Origin: an uncultured delta proteobacterium
GTDB taxonomy: Bacteria > Desulfobacterota > WTBG01 > CAIYCZ01
DNA: 64,000 nucleotides
Reading direction: 5' to 3'
NCBI GenBank assembly: GCA_963803975.1
Contig: CAWDOY010000025.1
Span: forward strand, 32,001-96,000
Below the pieces are notes generated by a model. The model was given only the letters and a program-made list of their open reading frames with translations. It was not told the origin of the DNA and ran no database searches. This document shows, in pieces, positions 11,700 to 22,602 of this stretch (its first letter is position 1; every line of letters begins with the position of its first letter). Made by a program: the position numbers and the translations under genes.

Positions 11700-12980
11700 T
11701 TAGATTGCTTTCCGAACAAGGTCTACAATGTCATACACTTTCATGTTTTCGCCTTGATCAGTAACGACGTCCGTGAAATTCCTCTCACAATGGGGGCACG
11801 CGCTCACGATCGCCTCAGCTCCGGTGGCCTTTGCCTCTTCAATCCGCTCTCCGGCGGTCCATGAGGAGAAATTCCGGATACCGTTCCCGCACCCCGGCAC
11901 CGGCACCGCAGCACCAGGCATATTCCCTGTTTCTTTCCATCTCAACCAGCTGTATGCCCGGAATGCTTCTCAGCACATTCCTCGGCGGTGTCATAAACAC
12001 CCAGGGCTCCGTTATACCTGGGTTTTCGCGGCTCGTATACCAGGACCTGACCGCGAATTTTCTTCTGTTCGCCCTTCCACGGCACATGCGGTTCCCCTCG
12101 TCTTCCCAGATGGCAGGGGTCATGATAGGTGACGGTCAGGGGAACGGTTTTGGTGAATTTTATCTTTCCTTCCCTGATGAGCCGGTCAAGATATTCCGTG
12201 ATGTGAAGGACCTCGAACTTGAAATTCCAGCTCAGCAGGATAGAGGCGCTTGAACGCATGGTAACAATCGGAGCAGCCGGTAACCACCGTCTTCACGCCT
12301 GCAGTCGTCCAGGCATCCTTATTATTCTCGGCATACTTGAGAAATTCCCCCCGGTACCCCATATCACAAAGCCGGCCGCCGCAGCAGTTCTCGTCACGCC
12401 CCATGATGCCGAAATCAACGCCGGCATTCTTGAGCAGAGTCCACCACGTCTCGGGGCATTTTCCACAGGTCCTCATCAAACTGAACCGGCAGCCGACGTG
12501 GAAGACAACTTCAGCCTTCTCCCGGGTCAGGTCTTTCACATCCAGCCCCTCAGCCCATTTGGCGCGATCAGCCTTGGGCTTCATCATCATGTTGTCCTCT
12601 TTGCGGAGATTATCGATGAGGGGAATATCCTGGAACGGGAAGCAGCCGTTGTCTATCAATTTAAATCGCAGTTGTCGCATCACCTCTACGGGTTCAAGAT
12701 CATACCGGTAAACCTTGCAGGCAACGTCACAGCACCCGTCCATCATGCATTTAAAAACGATATCCACCAGACCTTCATCAAAGTAACTGCTTCTTTCCTC
12801 GAGAAGAGACAGCGAGGCGCATAATCTCCCGCTTGCCGAATAACTTTGGAACTTATTATACTCTATGCTGGGGCAGCCTTTTGCAAAGCGCCAGCTCTTC
12901 ACATGAGCAAATGGAATCCATTTGCAATATGAGCATCTGCTGCATCTTGTCGCAGTAGCCCTTAAGTCTTCCAGTGCCAC
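11700..12980 (-). CDS. Fe-S oxidoreductase with CCG domains (GlcF/HdrD-like), frameshifted
   Basis: [36 protein letters not shown]. Confidence 0.88.
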
Positions 12981-13010
12981 TTTATTCCTCCTGCTTTGTA
13001 TGTTTTCTGC

Positions 13011-14528
13011 CTAGAAGCAAAGCTTGCCGGGTTCAATACATTATTGGGATCGAACAACCCTTTCAGCTTCCTTGACAGGCTCGTATGCTCGGCATTTCTG
13101 CTATATGCCATGTCTGCCCAAATCCCGTAGGGCCGGGAAAAGAACGCTCCCTGCTTTGACAGTTCTTCACTGGCCCTGGTAAAGAGCCCTTGAACTGTGG
13201 CCGTCTCGCTCTCGCTGCCTGGATCGAACGGTAAACTGAATTCCACATGGCAGCTTGTCCCCAGGTGCGTCGGCTGAAGGTAAATTCCTACATCTGATGG
13301 CGGGTACTTAAACGCTTCTGCCAATGAGTTCATCGTCATTACGAATTCCGGCACTCTGTTAAGCGTGGTTAGAAAGAAAATATCCTGGCATCCGCCCTTG
13401 TTGCGAAGTTTCCAATACGGTTCCTTTGAGGGATTGAGCACTGCTTCCGCTACCTGCTCACCTGTTGCCCCGGGGACAGCCGACTCCAGGCGAACGCCAA
13501 ATTGCTGAGCGATATCGCGTATGTCATTTTCCAGAAATTCAACTCTTTCCTGCGCCAGCACATCGCGCCCGGTCAGCCCCAGGACAAGAATCCACGGAGG
13601 AAGCTCTTTTCTCAAACCCATGATCTGCTCAGTGCCTTCTCCCAGAATGGCTGCCAAAGCGGGACCGCTAAACAGCATTAATTCGTCATGAAATCGTAAT
13701 TCTTAAGAGCTTATAGGCAAAGCCGATGATGCTATCGAGCCCTTCAGCCGGCAGCAGAAAAAACTTTTGAACTTTCGGCAACACTTCACATCTCAGCGAC
13801 GCCCAGGTGACAATACCCATAGTTCCCTGCGCTGCTGACAGCAGCTTATGGAAATTAAATTGCCCCGGGCCATATTGATAGAGCGCCGTATCTTGTGTTT
13901 TCCGTCGTTTTTCCAGTAGTTCTTCTATCGGAATGAGTTTCGCCACTCCCGCTGGTGGATGTGCTGACGCCGGCACCCGCCAGCTCACCGGTCCTGAATA
14001 TATCCCCGTTCCCCATGACCGTTTCAAGGCATCGCAGGGGCTCGCTCAGCGACCAGGCATACCGGGGGTTCATGATAGGCTCCCTTTCCAGGACGCTGCC
14101 CAGCACAGATTTAGAGGTTCGCGGCAGAAGTGGCATGGAAAGTCTCAATCCTTCCTTTGCCAGCTCCGGCTGGAGTTTGCTGAAGGTTACCCCGGGCTCA
14201 ACTACAGCCACCCGATTTCTCCGGTCCGTCATGATGATCCGGTTCATCCCGCTAAGGTCCACAATAACCGCCCCTTCTGAACCGGGAACACTGTCACCAC
14301 GGAAGTGCGGCAGGCCTGAGCTTACGGGCACGAGTGGCGTTCTCGTTTGGTTGGCCCACTTAACTATACCCTGCACTTCATCCGCATTCGCAGGCTTTAC
14401 CACCATCAGGGGCTTTCTTGGCGGAGTGAAACTGTGGTCCCTGGAGTAACCATCCAAGTGTAATCTGGATCATTAATTACATTCTCCGCACCAACTATCT
14501 TTATTAGCTCATCTTTTTTTTCGGCCAT
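13011..14528 (-). CDS. FAD-binding oxidoreductase (GlcD family), frameshifted
   Basis: VVKPANADEVQGIV, VDLSGMNRI, VEPGVT, AQGTMGIVT, LKGLFDPNNVLNP(G)KLCF*. Confidence 0.85.
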
Positions 14529-14692
14529 CTATACCTCACTTTTTCCTCTGAAATTTTCTTATCTTTAGCAAAGAGTTAAAGAGATGTCAAAATTCATCTG
14601 GTCGTTCTTTTAAAACAAGGTTTCCCCGGATTCAGAATCCTCTGCGGATCAAGTGCCTGTTTAATCTCTTTCATAAAGTAAAAGACCTGCAC

Positions 14693-14714
14693 TATTTAGA
14701 ACATGTTCTAAATA
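14693..14714. promoter_or_regulatory. Putative TetR operator, perfect 22-bp palindrome
   Basis: TATTTAGAACATGTTCTAAATA in the divergent intergenic region. Confidence 0.8.
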
Positions 14715-14751
14715 TAAATAGCACACTCTTTTTTTCCTTGTCAAGGATAAA

Positions 14752-14763
14752 AGAACATGTTCT
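14752..14763. promoter_or_regulatory. Second putative TetR operator
   Basis: AGAACATGTTCT, identical core to the first site. Confidence 0.75.
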
Positions 14764-14813
14764 AATTAAAACTTATTTGCAGTGCTGCCCAATCAATTTG
14801 CAACAAAGGTACT

Positions 14814-15482
14814 ATGAAGATGAAGATCCGGAAAGCCAACAGCGAAGCAGTGAGAAACAACATAATAAAGATTTCCCGAAGACTCTTTCTTGAACAGGGA
14901 TATGAAAATACAACGGTCCGACAGGTACTGAAAAAGGCACGTCTGTCGACAGGAAGTCTTTATCACTTTTTTAAAAATAAGGAAGAAATCCTTCTTTTCA
15001 GCTTGAAAGATGCTCTCCTTGAAATTAGCAGTCTCACAGATAGTATCGCAGTAAAATACAATGAACCGATTCTACGATATGCCTTAGGTATTGCGTTAGG
15101 AATAAGTGAGATTTTTAACTATAAACACTTGTTCAATTTTTACAATGCTATCTATAAAAATGAATCTGCCGAAAATTTTATGATTAGCCTCAAAGTTACC
15201 AGAATGAAAAACTTATTAAACGATCTGAATCTTCATTTTACTGATAACGAGATCCATTCTCGTATTCTGGCAATTCATGGAGCAACAAGGGCTTTAATGC
15301 TGGCTACAATCAATAAACAGTTATCGGCAAATCTTAATGATATTTACTCCTTGATTATCAAGATTGCACTGTCTGAATTTAATATTCCCGAGAAGAAAAT
15401 TAATAAAATTATCAAGCTCACAACCAAAATAATTCAAACTAAAACCTTCTCAAGGAATCTCGCGGAGAAATTAAAACCCTGA
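14814..15482 (+). CDS. TetR/AcrR family transcriptional regulator (AT-rich gene)
   Basis: LFLEQGYENTTVRQV...STGSLYHFFKNKEEI helix-turn-helix. Confidence 0.92.
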   Translation: MKMKIRKANSEAVRNNIIKISRRLFLEQGYENTTVRQVLKKARLSTGSLYHFFKNKEEILLFSLKDALLEISSLTDSIAVKYNEPILRYALGIALGISEIFNYKHLFNFYNAIYKNESAENFMISLKVTRMKNLLNDLNLHFTDNEIHSRILAIHGATRALMLATINKQLSANLNDIYSLIIKIALSEFNIPEKKINKIIKLTTKIIQTKTFSRNLAEKLKP

Positions 15483-15832
15483 TCATTTCATCCCATGAAT
15501 GATTGTTTCATCCACGGTAAGCGCCTCATTAACCCCATCTTCACAGGATAGCCTCGCCAGGCCATAGTGAGCCTCAACAATAACAAGAGATATCTTCGCC
15601 TGGGACTACCGGCACCAGAAGACACGCAGGACATGGTGCGAATCGCTACAGAAATAAAGAAGGTGCCTGATGCCATGGGCGCCGGCCCGCTGGTGCTCGG
15701 CCGTGACGGATCGCTCCCGAAAATCATGGGGACGAATTGCGATGAGGCGCGCAAACTCAAATCACTTTTTGGTCCGGTGAACATCACGTCCCCCGGCATC
15801 GCCTTTTGCTATAGAAGATAGATACTGTTTAA

Positions 15833-15870
15833 TAAAAAAACCCGCCGTTCTTATGGCGGGTTCTTTTATT
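15833..15870. terminator. Bidirectional intrinsic terminator
   Basis: A run, CCCGCC..GGCGGG stem and T-rich tail between convergent genes. Confidence 0.7.
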
Positions 15871-15900
15871 AAACACTCAGTCTGATTTACATCCTCAGCT

Positions 15901-18067
15901 TCACTCTATATAACCTAATGAGCGAAGTTTTTCGGTAATAGCTTGATCCGGCTTAGGCAATTCTTTATTACCCTCTATCGGGTTAAAAGAACGGTTCCAG
16001 CGTTCCAACTGCGCATTCAGCTCCTGTGCTTTCCGGGGCAGTTTATCAGCCAGATTGGCGGACTCAAGAGGATCATCGGTGATGTTATACAGCTCGCATC
16101 TCCCATCAGAAGCCCAGAGATACTTGAAATCGCCCGAGTAAATTGCTTTAAGATCTCGTGCCAGGTGTTTTAAGTCCTGGCGTCTTTTCCATGTCGGGTC
16201 CTGATAATTCTCGGCAATTATAGTTCTGGGTTTTTCAGGGAATTGAAAAACAATGCCCTGGATGTTTTCAGGAACAGGGAGCGAAACAGTGTTAAGAATT
16301 TCCGGGAAAATATCAACCAGGGATACCGGATCATCTACCACGCCTGTTTTCTTGCGCCATGAGGGATATTTAATAATCAAGGGTACTCTTAAGTTGTCCT
16401 CATAAAGCGCTATGCCGTGGGTCATTAAGTGGTGCTCTCCAAATGATTCTCCATGATCAGAGGTTACGATAATCATGCTCTGTGTAAATAATTTCAGCTC
16501 CTGTAACTTTTTCATGAGCTTTCCCACGGCATCATCCACAAATGATAATTCTCCATCATACAGCGCCAGGAGATGATTCTTTTCTTTGAGCGACAACACA
16601 TGCTTGCGTTTTATAACATCTGTTAACAGCTCCAGCTCTTTTTCTTTATAAGAAGCTGCGGAGGTGCTTGTCATATAGCATATATCACCGTATCATCTCT
16701 GCCTGGATAGCGCGTATCAAACGGTGCAGGGGGCATATAGGATTGATGGGGGTCAAAATAATGAACAAAGAGAAATACCGGCAGCGTAACATTAAAGAGT
16801 AAAAACTTCTGTTGTGCTAATTGCGTTTCACGATTATTGAGCCATGCAAAGACCAGCTCATTTATTTCGTGTGCTCTTCGTTCTCCCCCCCAGGGGTCTA
16901 AGTTATCATCATAAAATTTAAATCCCTGCCCCAGGCCAAAGACTGCCTTGCAAAATGTACCCGCTATTATTCCCGCTGTGTCATATCCGTGTTCTGATAA
17001 AATTTCAGCTATCGTAACATTATTATCACTGAGCTTTGTGCAGAAATAGGGAGGCTTTGCATGCTCTGACCGGTGCGCGTTATGCATCGAAGGGTAACAG
17101 CCGGTCATGAGTGATGCATGTGAGGGAAGTGTCCAGGAAGACGGTGCATACGCTCTTTTAAACATACTATTCTCACGCGCGAACCGGTCTATGTTCGGGG
17201 TTGTGTTTCGTTCGTAACCATAGCAGGAGACATGGTCTGCGCGCACGGTATCAATGCTTATGATAATGACGGAAGGCCGCTGCGTTAGTATAGTAATAAA
17301 TTCTTTGCTAAAGTTATCAGTATTCGTCTTGAGCACTATCTCTGAGATTCCCCACGCGACAACACCAGATAGAAGTAATAAATATGCAGCAGCACCCGGT
17401 AATGGCAGGAAGCTTAATATTTTTTTTAAAACGTTAAGAAGTCCGAATAACAATAAAAAACAGAGCACAGCAACCACCGATAATCGCCCCATTCACCATG
17501 AGTCGTTTGGGAGTTAAATCAAGGAATTTTCCGGGAAGAAAAGATTCATTAATAAAGGTGCCTGCCAGAAGAAATGCACACAGGCTGATATAGAGGGCAA
17601 ACAAGACCCGGCGCTGTGTTTCCTTGTTTGCGATACCTGATGAAAGCCGTAAAAGAAGCAGATATATCCCGCCACAAAATGCGCAAAATAATAGACCCAG
17701 ACTTATGGCTGCCGGCAGCTGAGCTTTAAAGAATAATTTATTGTTAATGATGGCGAGACCGGCGCAGAGCAGGATAGAAATAATACATCCAGTGTAACAA
17801 ACTATATCTGCGTCGAAAATATTTTGTGTATTTCGTCTGCTGCGTCTTAAGAAACTGCTGCAAACAGGCTGCAATCATCCCTCCGACAGCCCCGGCTATG
17901 GTATACGCGCTGATTGTCATCAGTACGGTCGAGAGATGCAGAATCGGACCGCGTGTTAGATTCAGCAGAGCTTCCATGATCGCAAATACAAGCCAGCCTA
18001 TCCCCCAGATGCAAAAGCCGTGCACGATATTTCTGGTAAATGAAGGCTGTAGATTTAATGTATTCAT
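15901..18067 (-). CDS. Membrane-anchored sulfatase-like hydrolase/transferase (frameshifted)
   Basis: Several N-terminal TM segments; SIDTVRADH, WTLPSHASLMTG, HYFDPH, YDGE, TSDHGE, LRSLGYI. Confidence 0.8.
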
Positions 18068-18510
18068 AGTATCATTCGTTTTTATTTGCAGCGTTTGCAG
18101 CAAGTGCAAAGCTTTTAAACCAATTAAATTACATTAACGATAAAAGTCAATTATATAGTTTGGGGGCGCAAAAAGAATGCTGAGGTTGAGGCAGAGAATA
18201 AGTGACCTGCCCGTGTCCCGTCTGCGGAGCTACGGCGCGGTGGCAGGCAAAAAGGCAATGATGCACCCCTCGACTGCGCTCGGGGCAAATAGAAGAATAG
18301 CGATGAGTGCTGAGTAACGAGCGATGAGTAAAAGCTGGTGAATGGGTAAAAAAACATAAGACAGAAGACAGATTTGAAATAGGCAATAGAAAAATCTCGG
18401 CGAACTCTGTCCACCGTCCGTAGCAGGCTACTGCGGAGGGCGGGTGATCTCTGCGGTTAAACATTCACTAATCACGAACCCCGAGTCACGAGCCCCTGCT
18501 TTATAGTGTA

Positions 18511-19857
18511 TCAGCTGAGTGACAGCGTGGGAAATCCTGCGCGCATGCAGCTGCCGAATACCACTTCAAGCGGCGTGGTGCGCATCGTGCCAAGCTTCTG
18601 AAAAATATCCGGCCGATCCTTCTGCACCATGGGCATGATCTCGGCGAGCGCCCCGCCCACGAGCTTGGGCGTCTCATACGGGTCAAGCATGCCCGGCAGG
18701 GTCTTCTTGATCGACCCGAGCAGGTAGTCAATGTCATCAGGTGATAAAACATACGGCATCACGGCGTTGCCGATCATGTCCTTGTAATCATAGAGCTTGA
18801 TTACTTCATCTCGCCACCAGTCAAGATATACCGCGACGCCTTCCCGCGATATCTTTCCTTCAACAAGGGCAAACGTTACCGCGTTGGCAGCTTTCCAGCC
18901 GCTTACCACCGCGCCGGTCATCTCCGCTTCCTGGCACCACACCGCGTCTGAAACCAGAAGCACCTGGTCCTGGTACGGGTCAATGATATGGGAAAGCATG
19001 TTCCCCACGGCAGGCAGCGTCCGTTTTACTTCAGCCTTGGCAAACCAAGGCGCAAAGTACCCTTCGCTGGTGACGCGCTTGAAAATCGCCTCGTGGTCGC
19101 GGCCGGGATGGAGCGAGGTGACCATGGCAAAATGCTGATCGCTGCCGGCGCGCGGGGTCATCCAGATGCGCATGGCCGGACTTTCATTGAGGAATATCTG
19201 GAACAGCCCGTATTTTTCCGGCGGCTGGACTCCTGACATTTCAAATCCCAGCGTGGTGGCAGTGCCGAAATATTTACGGTCCCGGTTCTTGCCCAGCGTC
19301 CGCGCGATTTTAGAAGACCGGCCGTCCGCGGCGATTACAAAAGTGCCCTTGAAGCTCCGGCCTTCGGCTGTCTTTACCGTGACCCGATTTCCTTCCGTGT
19401 GCGTCCCAATGACATTATAGCCGGGAAAAACATCCACATGATAGCCGCGCGCCTCATCCAGCAGTCCCTGCAGCAGAGCACCCTTGTTATAGACCGCGCT
19501 GATTCGTCCCGCTGAGCCTTTTTTTATGTTTTCATCATAATTCCCCAGCGTTACCTTATTGCCCCGATGGGTATAAATGGCCCAGGTGTAGAAGTCCTGG
19601 TGAGGTCCCTGGTAGTTTATCGAAAAGCCGTAACGCGGGAAACAGATGCGTTTTTCCCGCTCATTTAAAAGCACGCGCTCACCGAGGTATTTTCCGGTCA
19701 GCGTCACCACCATCATGCTGCAGGCGCGGTTGATGTCCGCGATGTTGTCCTTGCGTTCAATAAGTGCCACGCTCAGCCCGTTCTCACCTGCTGTTTTTGC
19801 CGCCATGAGACCTGCGGGACCGGCACCAACGACGATAACATCATATTCTTTTGCCAT
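18511..19857 (-). CDS. Geranylgeranyl reductase/FixC-like FAD-dependent oxidoreductase
   Basis: YDVIVVGAGPAG, IERK, VIAADG; intact 448-aa ORF. Confidence 0.8.
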   Translation of the reverse strand: MAKEYDVIVVGAGPAGLMAAKTAGENGLSVALIERKDNIADINRACSMMVVTLTGKYLGERVLLNEREKRICFPRYGFSINYQGPHQDFYTWAIYTHRGNKVTLGNYDENIKKGSAGRISAVYNKGALLQGLLDEARGYHVDVFPGYNVIGTHTEGNRVTVKTAEGRSFKGTFVIAADGRSSKIARTLGKNRDRKYFGTATTLGFEMSGVQPPEKYGLFQIFLNESPAMRIWMTPRAGSDQHFAMVTSLHPGRDHEAIFKRVTSEGYFAPWFAKAEVKRTLPAVGNMLSHIIDPYQDQVLLVSDAVWCQEAEMTGAVVSGWKAANAVTFALVEGKISREGVAVYLDWWRDEVIKLYDYKDMIGNAVMPYVLSPDDIDYLLGSIKKTLPGMLDPYETPKLVGGALAEIMPMVQKDRPDIFQKLGTMRTTPLEVVFGSCMRAGFPTLSLS

Positions 19858-20139
19858 CTTTTCTCCTTTTCAAGAACCTCGTATAGTCAAAACAAACCAC
19901 AGAGAACTCTATAAATAAATTATTATAAACTATCAACGGTCTGCCGTCAGCTGTAAGCTTTTTCCGTGCGTCGAAGATCTCCGGTGCCTGGTTATATGCT
20001 GTCACTATGTAACACGTTGCTGTTTTCTGAGTCAATATCTTTTTGCCAAAACATCCTCCCAACCGCGCTGTGCGGGCTTCTCCAACTTTCTTCAACAAAG
20101 GAGCCGATGGTTATAGGTTTAATAGTTAATATACTTAAT

Positions 20140-20204
20140 TAAGTTCCATCAGAATAAGTTTCTTAGAATAATTGTATGACGATGTTTTTTTGCCTTGACA
20201 TCAA
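20140..20204 (+). promoter_or_regulatory. Operator-like box and -35 element upstream of the bilin-reductase-like genes
   Basis: TAAGTTCcatcAGAATAAGTTTCT then CCTTGACATCAA; same elements as 4360-4409. Confidence 0.45.
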
Positions 20205-20240
20205 ATTTCAAATAATATAAAAAATGTGCTAACTACCAAA

Positions 20241-20585
20241 ATGAAGGTAACCTATCATGACCCCTGCTACCTCGGCAGGTACAGCCGCCTCGATGACGCG
20301 CCCCGCGAAATTCTCGCTGCCGTCCCCGGGCTCAAGCTGGTGGAAATGGAGCTCAACCGCATGCATGCCTGATGCTGCGGAGCCGGCGGCGTCAAGCTCG
20401 GCAAGCATGATTATGCGGTAGCCGCCGGCAAAAAGAGAGTTGAAGAAGCCATAGCAAGCACTGCAGATGTTCTGGTAACAGCCTGTCCGGTCTGCGTTGA
20501 AAATTTCAATAAGGCAAAGGAAGCCTGTAAATTCAAGGTTACCGTACTGGATATAGCAGAGCTGCTCTGCAAGGAACTTGCATAA
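20241..20585 (+). pseudogene. Single CCG-domain Fe-S protein (fragment) with in-frame TGA
   Basis: Hand translation [13 protein letters not shown]...MHA*CCGAGG...VTACPVC...KELA*; TGA at 20370-20372. Confidence 0.7.
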
Positions 20586-20661
20586 CAGAACTGCAGCGGC
20601 CGCGGGGACGCAGTAATGATCTCCCCCGGATTCGCTGTGGTACAAACGGAAAGGAGAGTGT

Positions 20662-21429
20662 ATGGCACGTGTTGACTACAAGGACATGATCAACTACGCC
20701 GATGACCTTCTGAGTAAGTACAAAATTTTCGAAGGCCTTGATCTGGTACCTCTTGAAACCTATGAGGGTATGGATACCAGGTCGGCCTGGGAATTCAAGA
20801 CCCCCATGGCAACCGGCTACTACAAGCCGTACCTCATCAAGGGAAGCACTGCCATTGAAAAGATCACCATCGGTGAGCTCCACTACATGCGCCGGGCAAA
20901 ATATTGCGCCCTCAACATGACGGCCAGTGATGATTATGACCTGCCCATCTATGCCTGCGAATTTGACGAGTCAGCGCCGCGCCTCGGCATCACCGTTGAC
21001 CTTATGCCGATCGCGGACATAGCTGTCCATCCCGAATACCGGGAAAAATATCTTGACCCCCTTGCCGCTGACTGGAGAAAATACCGCACCATCCCCGGCT
21101 TCACCGAAGAGGGCCGCTGCCTGGTGCAGCGCAGATATGCTCCCTGGAACTGGGCGCGGGAAAGCCTGTCCCCCTACTCTCTTGACGGCCGCGTTGTAGA
21201 GCCCGAAGACCGCTACAAGGTCATGGATGCGATTGCGGCCTACGCGCGGATATGGTTTGACCTGCTGAAAAAGGCCGAGCCCATGAAAGACCCGCAGTAC
21301 AAGCAGGAAGTGCTCACGCGGAAAAAGTTCCTGCAGAAAATTTACCGCGACCGCGACCCCGGCGGAGAGGTTATCAAGAAGATTTTCGGCGACGATAAAC
21401 ACCACCTTTTTGTAAGCTTAATCTTTTAG
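20662..21429 (+). CDS. Ferredoxin-dependent bilin reductase (PcyA/PebA/PebB/RCCR)-like protein 1
   Basis: YDLPIYACE, VDLMP, YREKYLDPL, SLSPY, AYARIWFDLL, YRDRDPG..IKKIFG..LIF terminal pattern; 255 aa. Confidence 0.7.
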   Translation: MARVDYKDMINYADDLLSKYKIFEGLDLVPLETYEGMDTRSAWEFKTPMATGYYKPYLIKGSTAIEKITIGELHYMRRAKYCALNMTASDDYDLPIYACEFDESAPRLGITVDLMPIADIAVHPEYREKYLDPLAADWRKYRTIPGFTEEGRCLVQRRYAPWNWARESLSPYSLDGRVVEPEDRYKVMDAIAAYARIWFDLLKKAEPMKDPQYKQEVLTRKKFLQKIYRDRDPGGEVIKKIFGDDKHHLFVSLIF

Positions 21430-21442
21430 GAGGATGCGTACC

Positions 21443-22106
21443 ATGGCAGACGGCAGCAAATGGGCACCGTATATTGATAAAATGCAGGAGCAGCTCTCCC
21501 GGCTTCGCTCCCGTGGAAATCCTGCAGGATCTGACAGCCGGAAAAACATTGAAAGCATACGCTGCAGACAAATTAGCTAAAATCGCGATTGGCGATTGCA
21601 CTACCGGTGACGGCAGGCATATCGGCATGTGCACGATAGTTCCCCTTGAGCAGTACTGGCTGCCCCTGTTTTTTTCCTTCTGGGAAGAGCGGGAAAAAGA
21701 GATTACGTTCCTGGTTGATATAATACCAACGGTGGACTCGCTCGTTGACGAGCCCTATCGCATCAGGTATTTTGATTCCATCCAGCCGATGTGGGTAAAA
21801 TTCGCCAGCCTTCCCGGCATCACACCATTTGAAGATGACGCGGTCAGGGCGCTCTGCTCCATCGTGTATACCGCCGCGGTAGTGCCCGTAGACAGGGAAG
21901 GCATGCGTCTGGCAGCGCTTGCCCCGCATACGGAATACCTGAAGAGCTACATCGACTTTGTTAAGGATGCACCGCTGGCTGATGGTGAAGCAAAGCTCAA
22001 GGAAATAAAACGCAAGATCGAAGCTGTCAAAACAGCTCTTCGCAGCTATGTGCAGCGGCAATATGCCGGGGCCATACATGAGGACATGATTAAAGTCTTT
22101 TTTTAA
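21443..22106 (+). CDS. Bilin-reductase-like protein 2, paralog (5' frameshift)
   Basis: RBS AGGAGG; YWLPLF, VDIIP, YRIRYFDSI, EYLKSYIDFVKDA align with protein 1. Confidence 0.6.
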
Positions 22107-22191
22107 TGCATTTTAACCGCAGAGCACACAGAGGGCGCAGAGAATTTAATATTCTATTGAACCGCGTCATTACACAGAAAGGGGTTCAACA

Positions 22192-22602
22192 ATGACCATA
22201 CTCGATATTTTACACAGAGGCGTTGCATTCGCTAACGCAGACGACATAGCTAAAGAAATGCTTGCTGACTTTAAAGATCACCGGGTGGGAATGAAGCTTG
22301 ACAAGGATGAGCTCACCATGGTGGTGAAAGACGGGGTGGTTTCTATTGAGAGCGGCATGCAGCTGGACAACTGTCACGCTGCCATGAACATGAAGACCAT
22401 TGATGTGTGCGGCGCCATTGACAACAGCTTTGACCTGATGGAAATACGGGAAAAGGGGAAGCTGCTGAAAGGTGACCCGATGGATATGAACATCGCCGTC
22501 CACTTCATGGCAACATTCCCTTACTTTGACGCCATGGTGCGCCTGTACCAGGAAGATGCTGAGTTTAAAAAGATGGTGGATGATTATAAAGCTACTCTTT
22601 GA
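22192..22602 (+). CDS. SCP2 (sterol carrier)-like lipid-binding protein
   Basis: MVVKDGVVSIESG ... FDLMEIREKGKLLKGD pattern; 136 aa. Confidence 0.5.
   Translation: MTILDILHRGVAFANADDIAKEMLADFKDHRVGMKLDKDELTMVVKDGVVSIESGMQLDNCHAAMNMKTIDVCGAIDNSFDLMEIREKGKLLKGDPMDMNIAVHFMATFPYFDAMVRLYQEDAEFKKMVDDYKATL

Noticed and set aside
15488..15821. Small ORFs downstream of tetR
   Set aside because: GC-richer and possibly a gene remnant, but no recognisable motif or RBS, so no call can be supported
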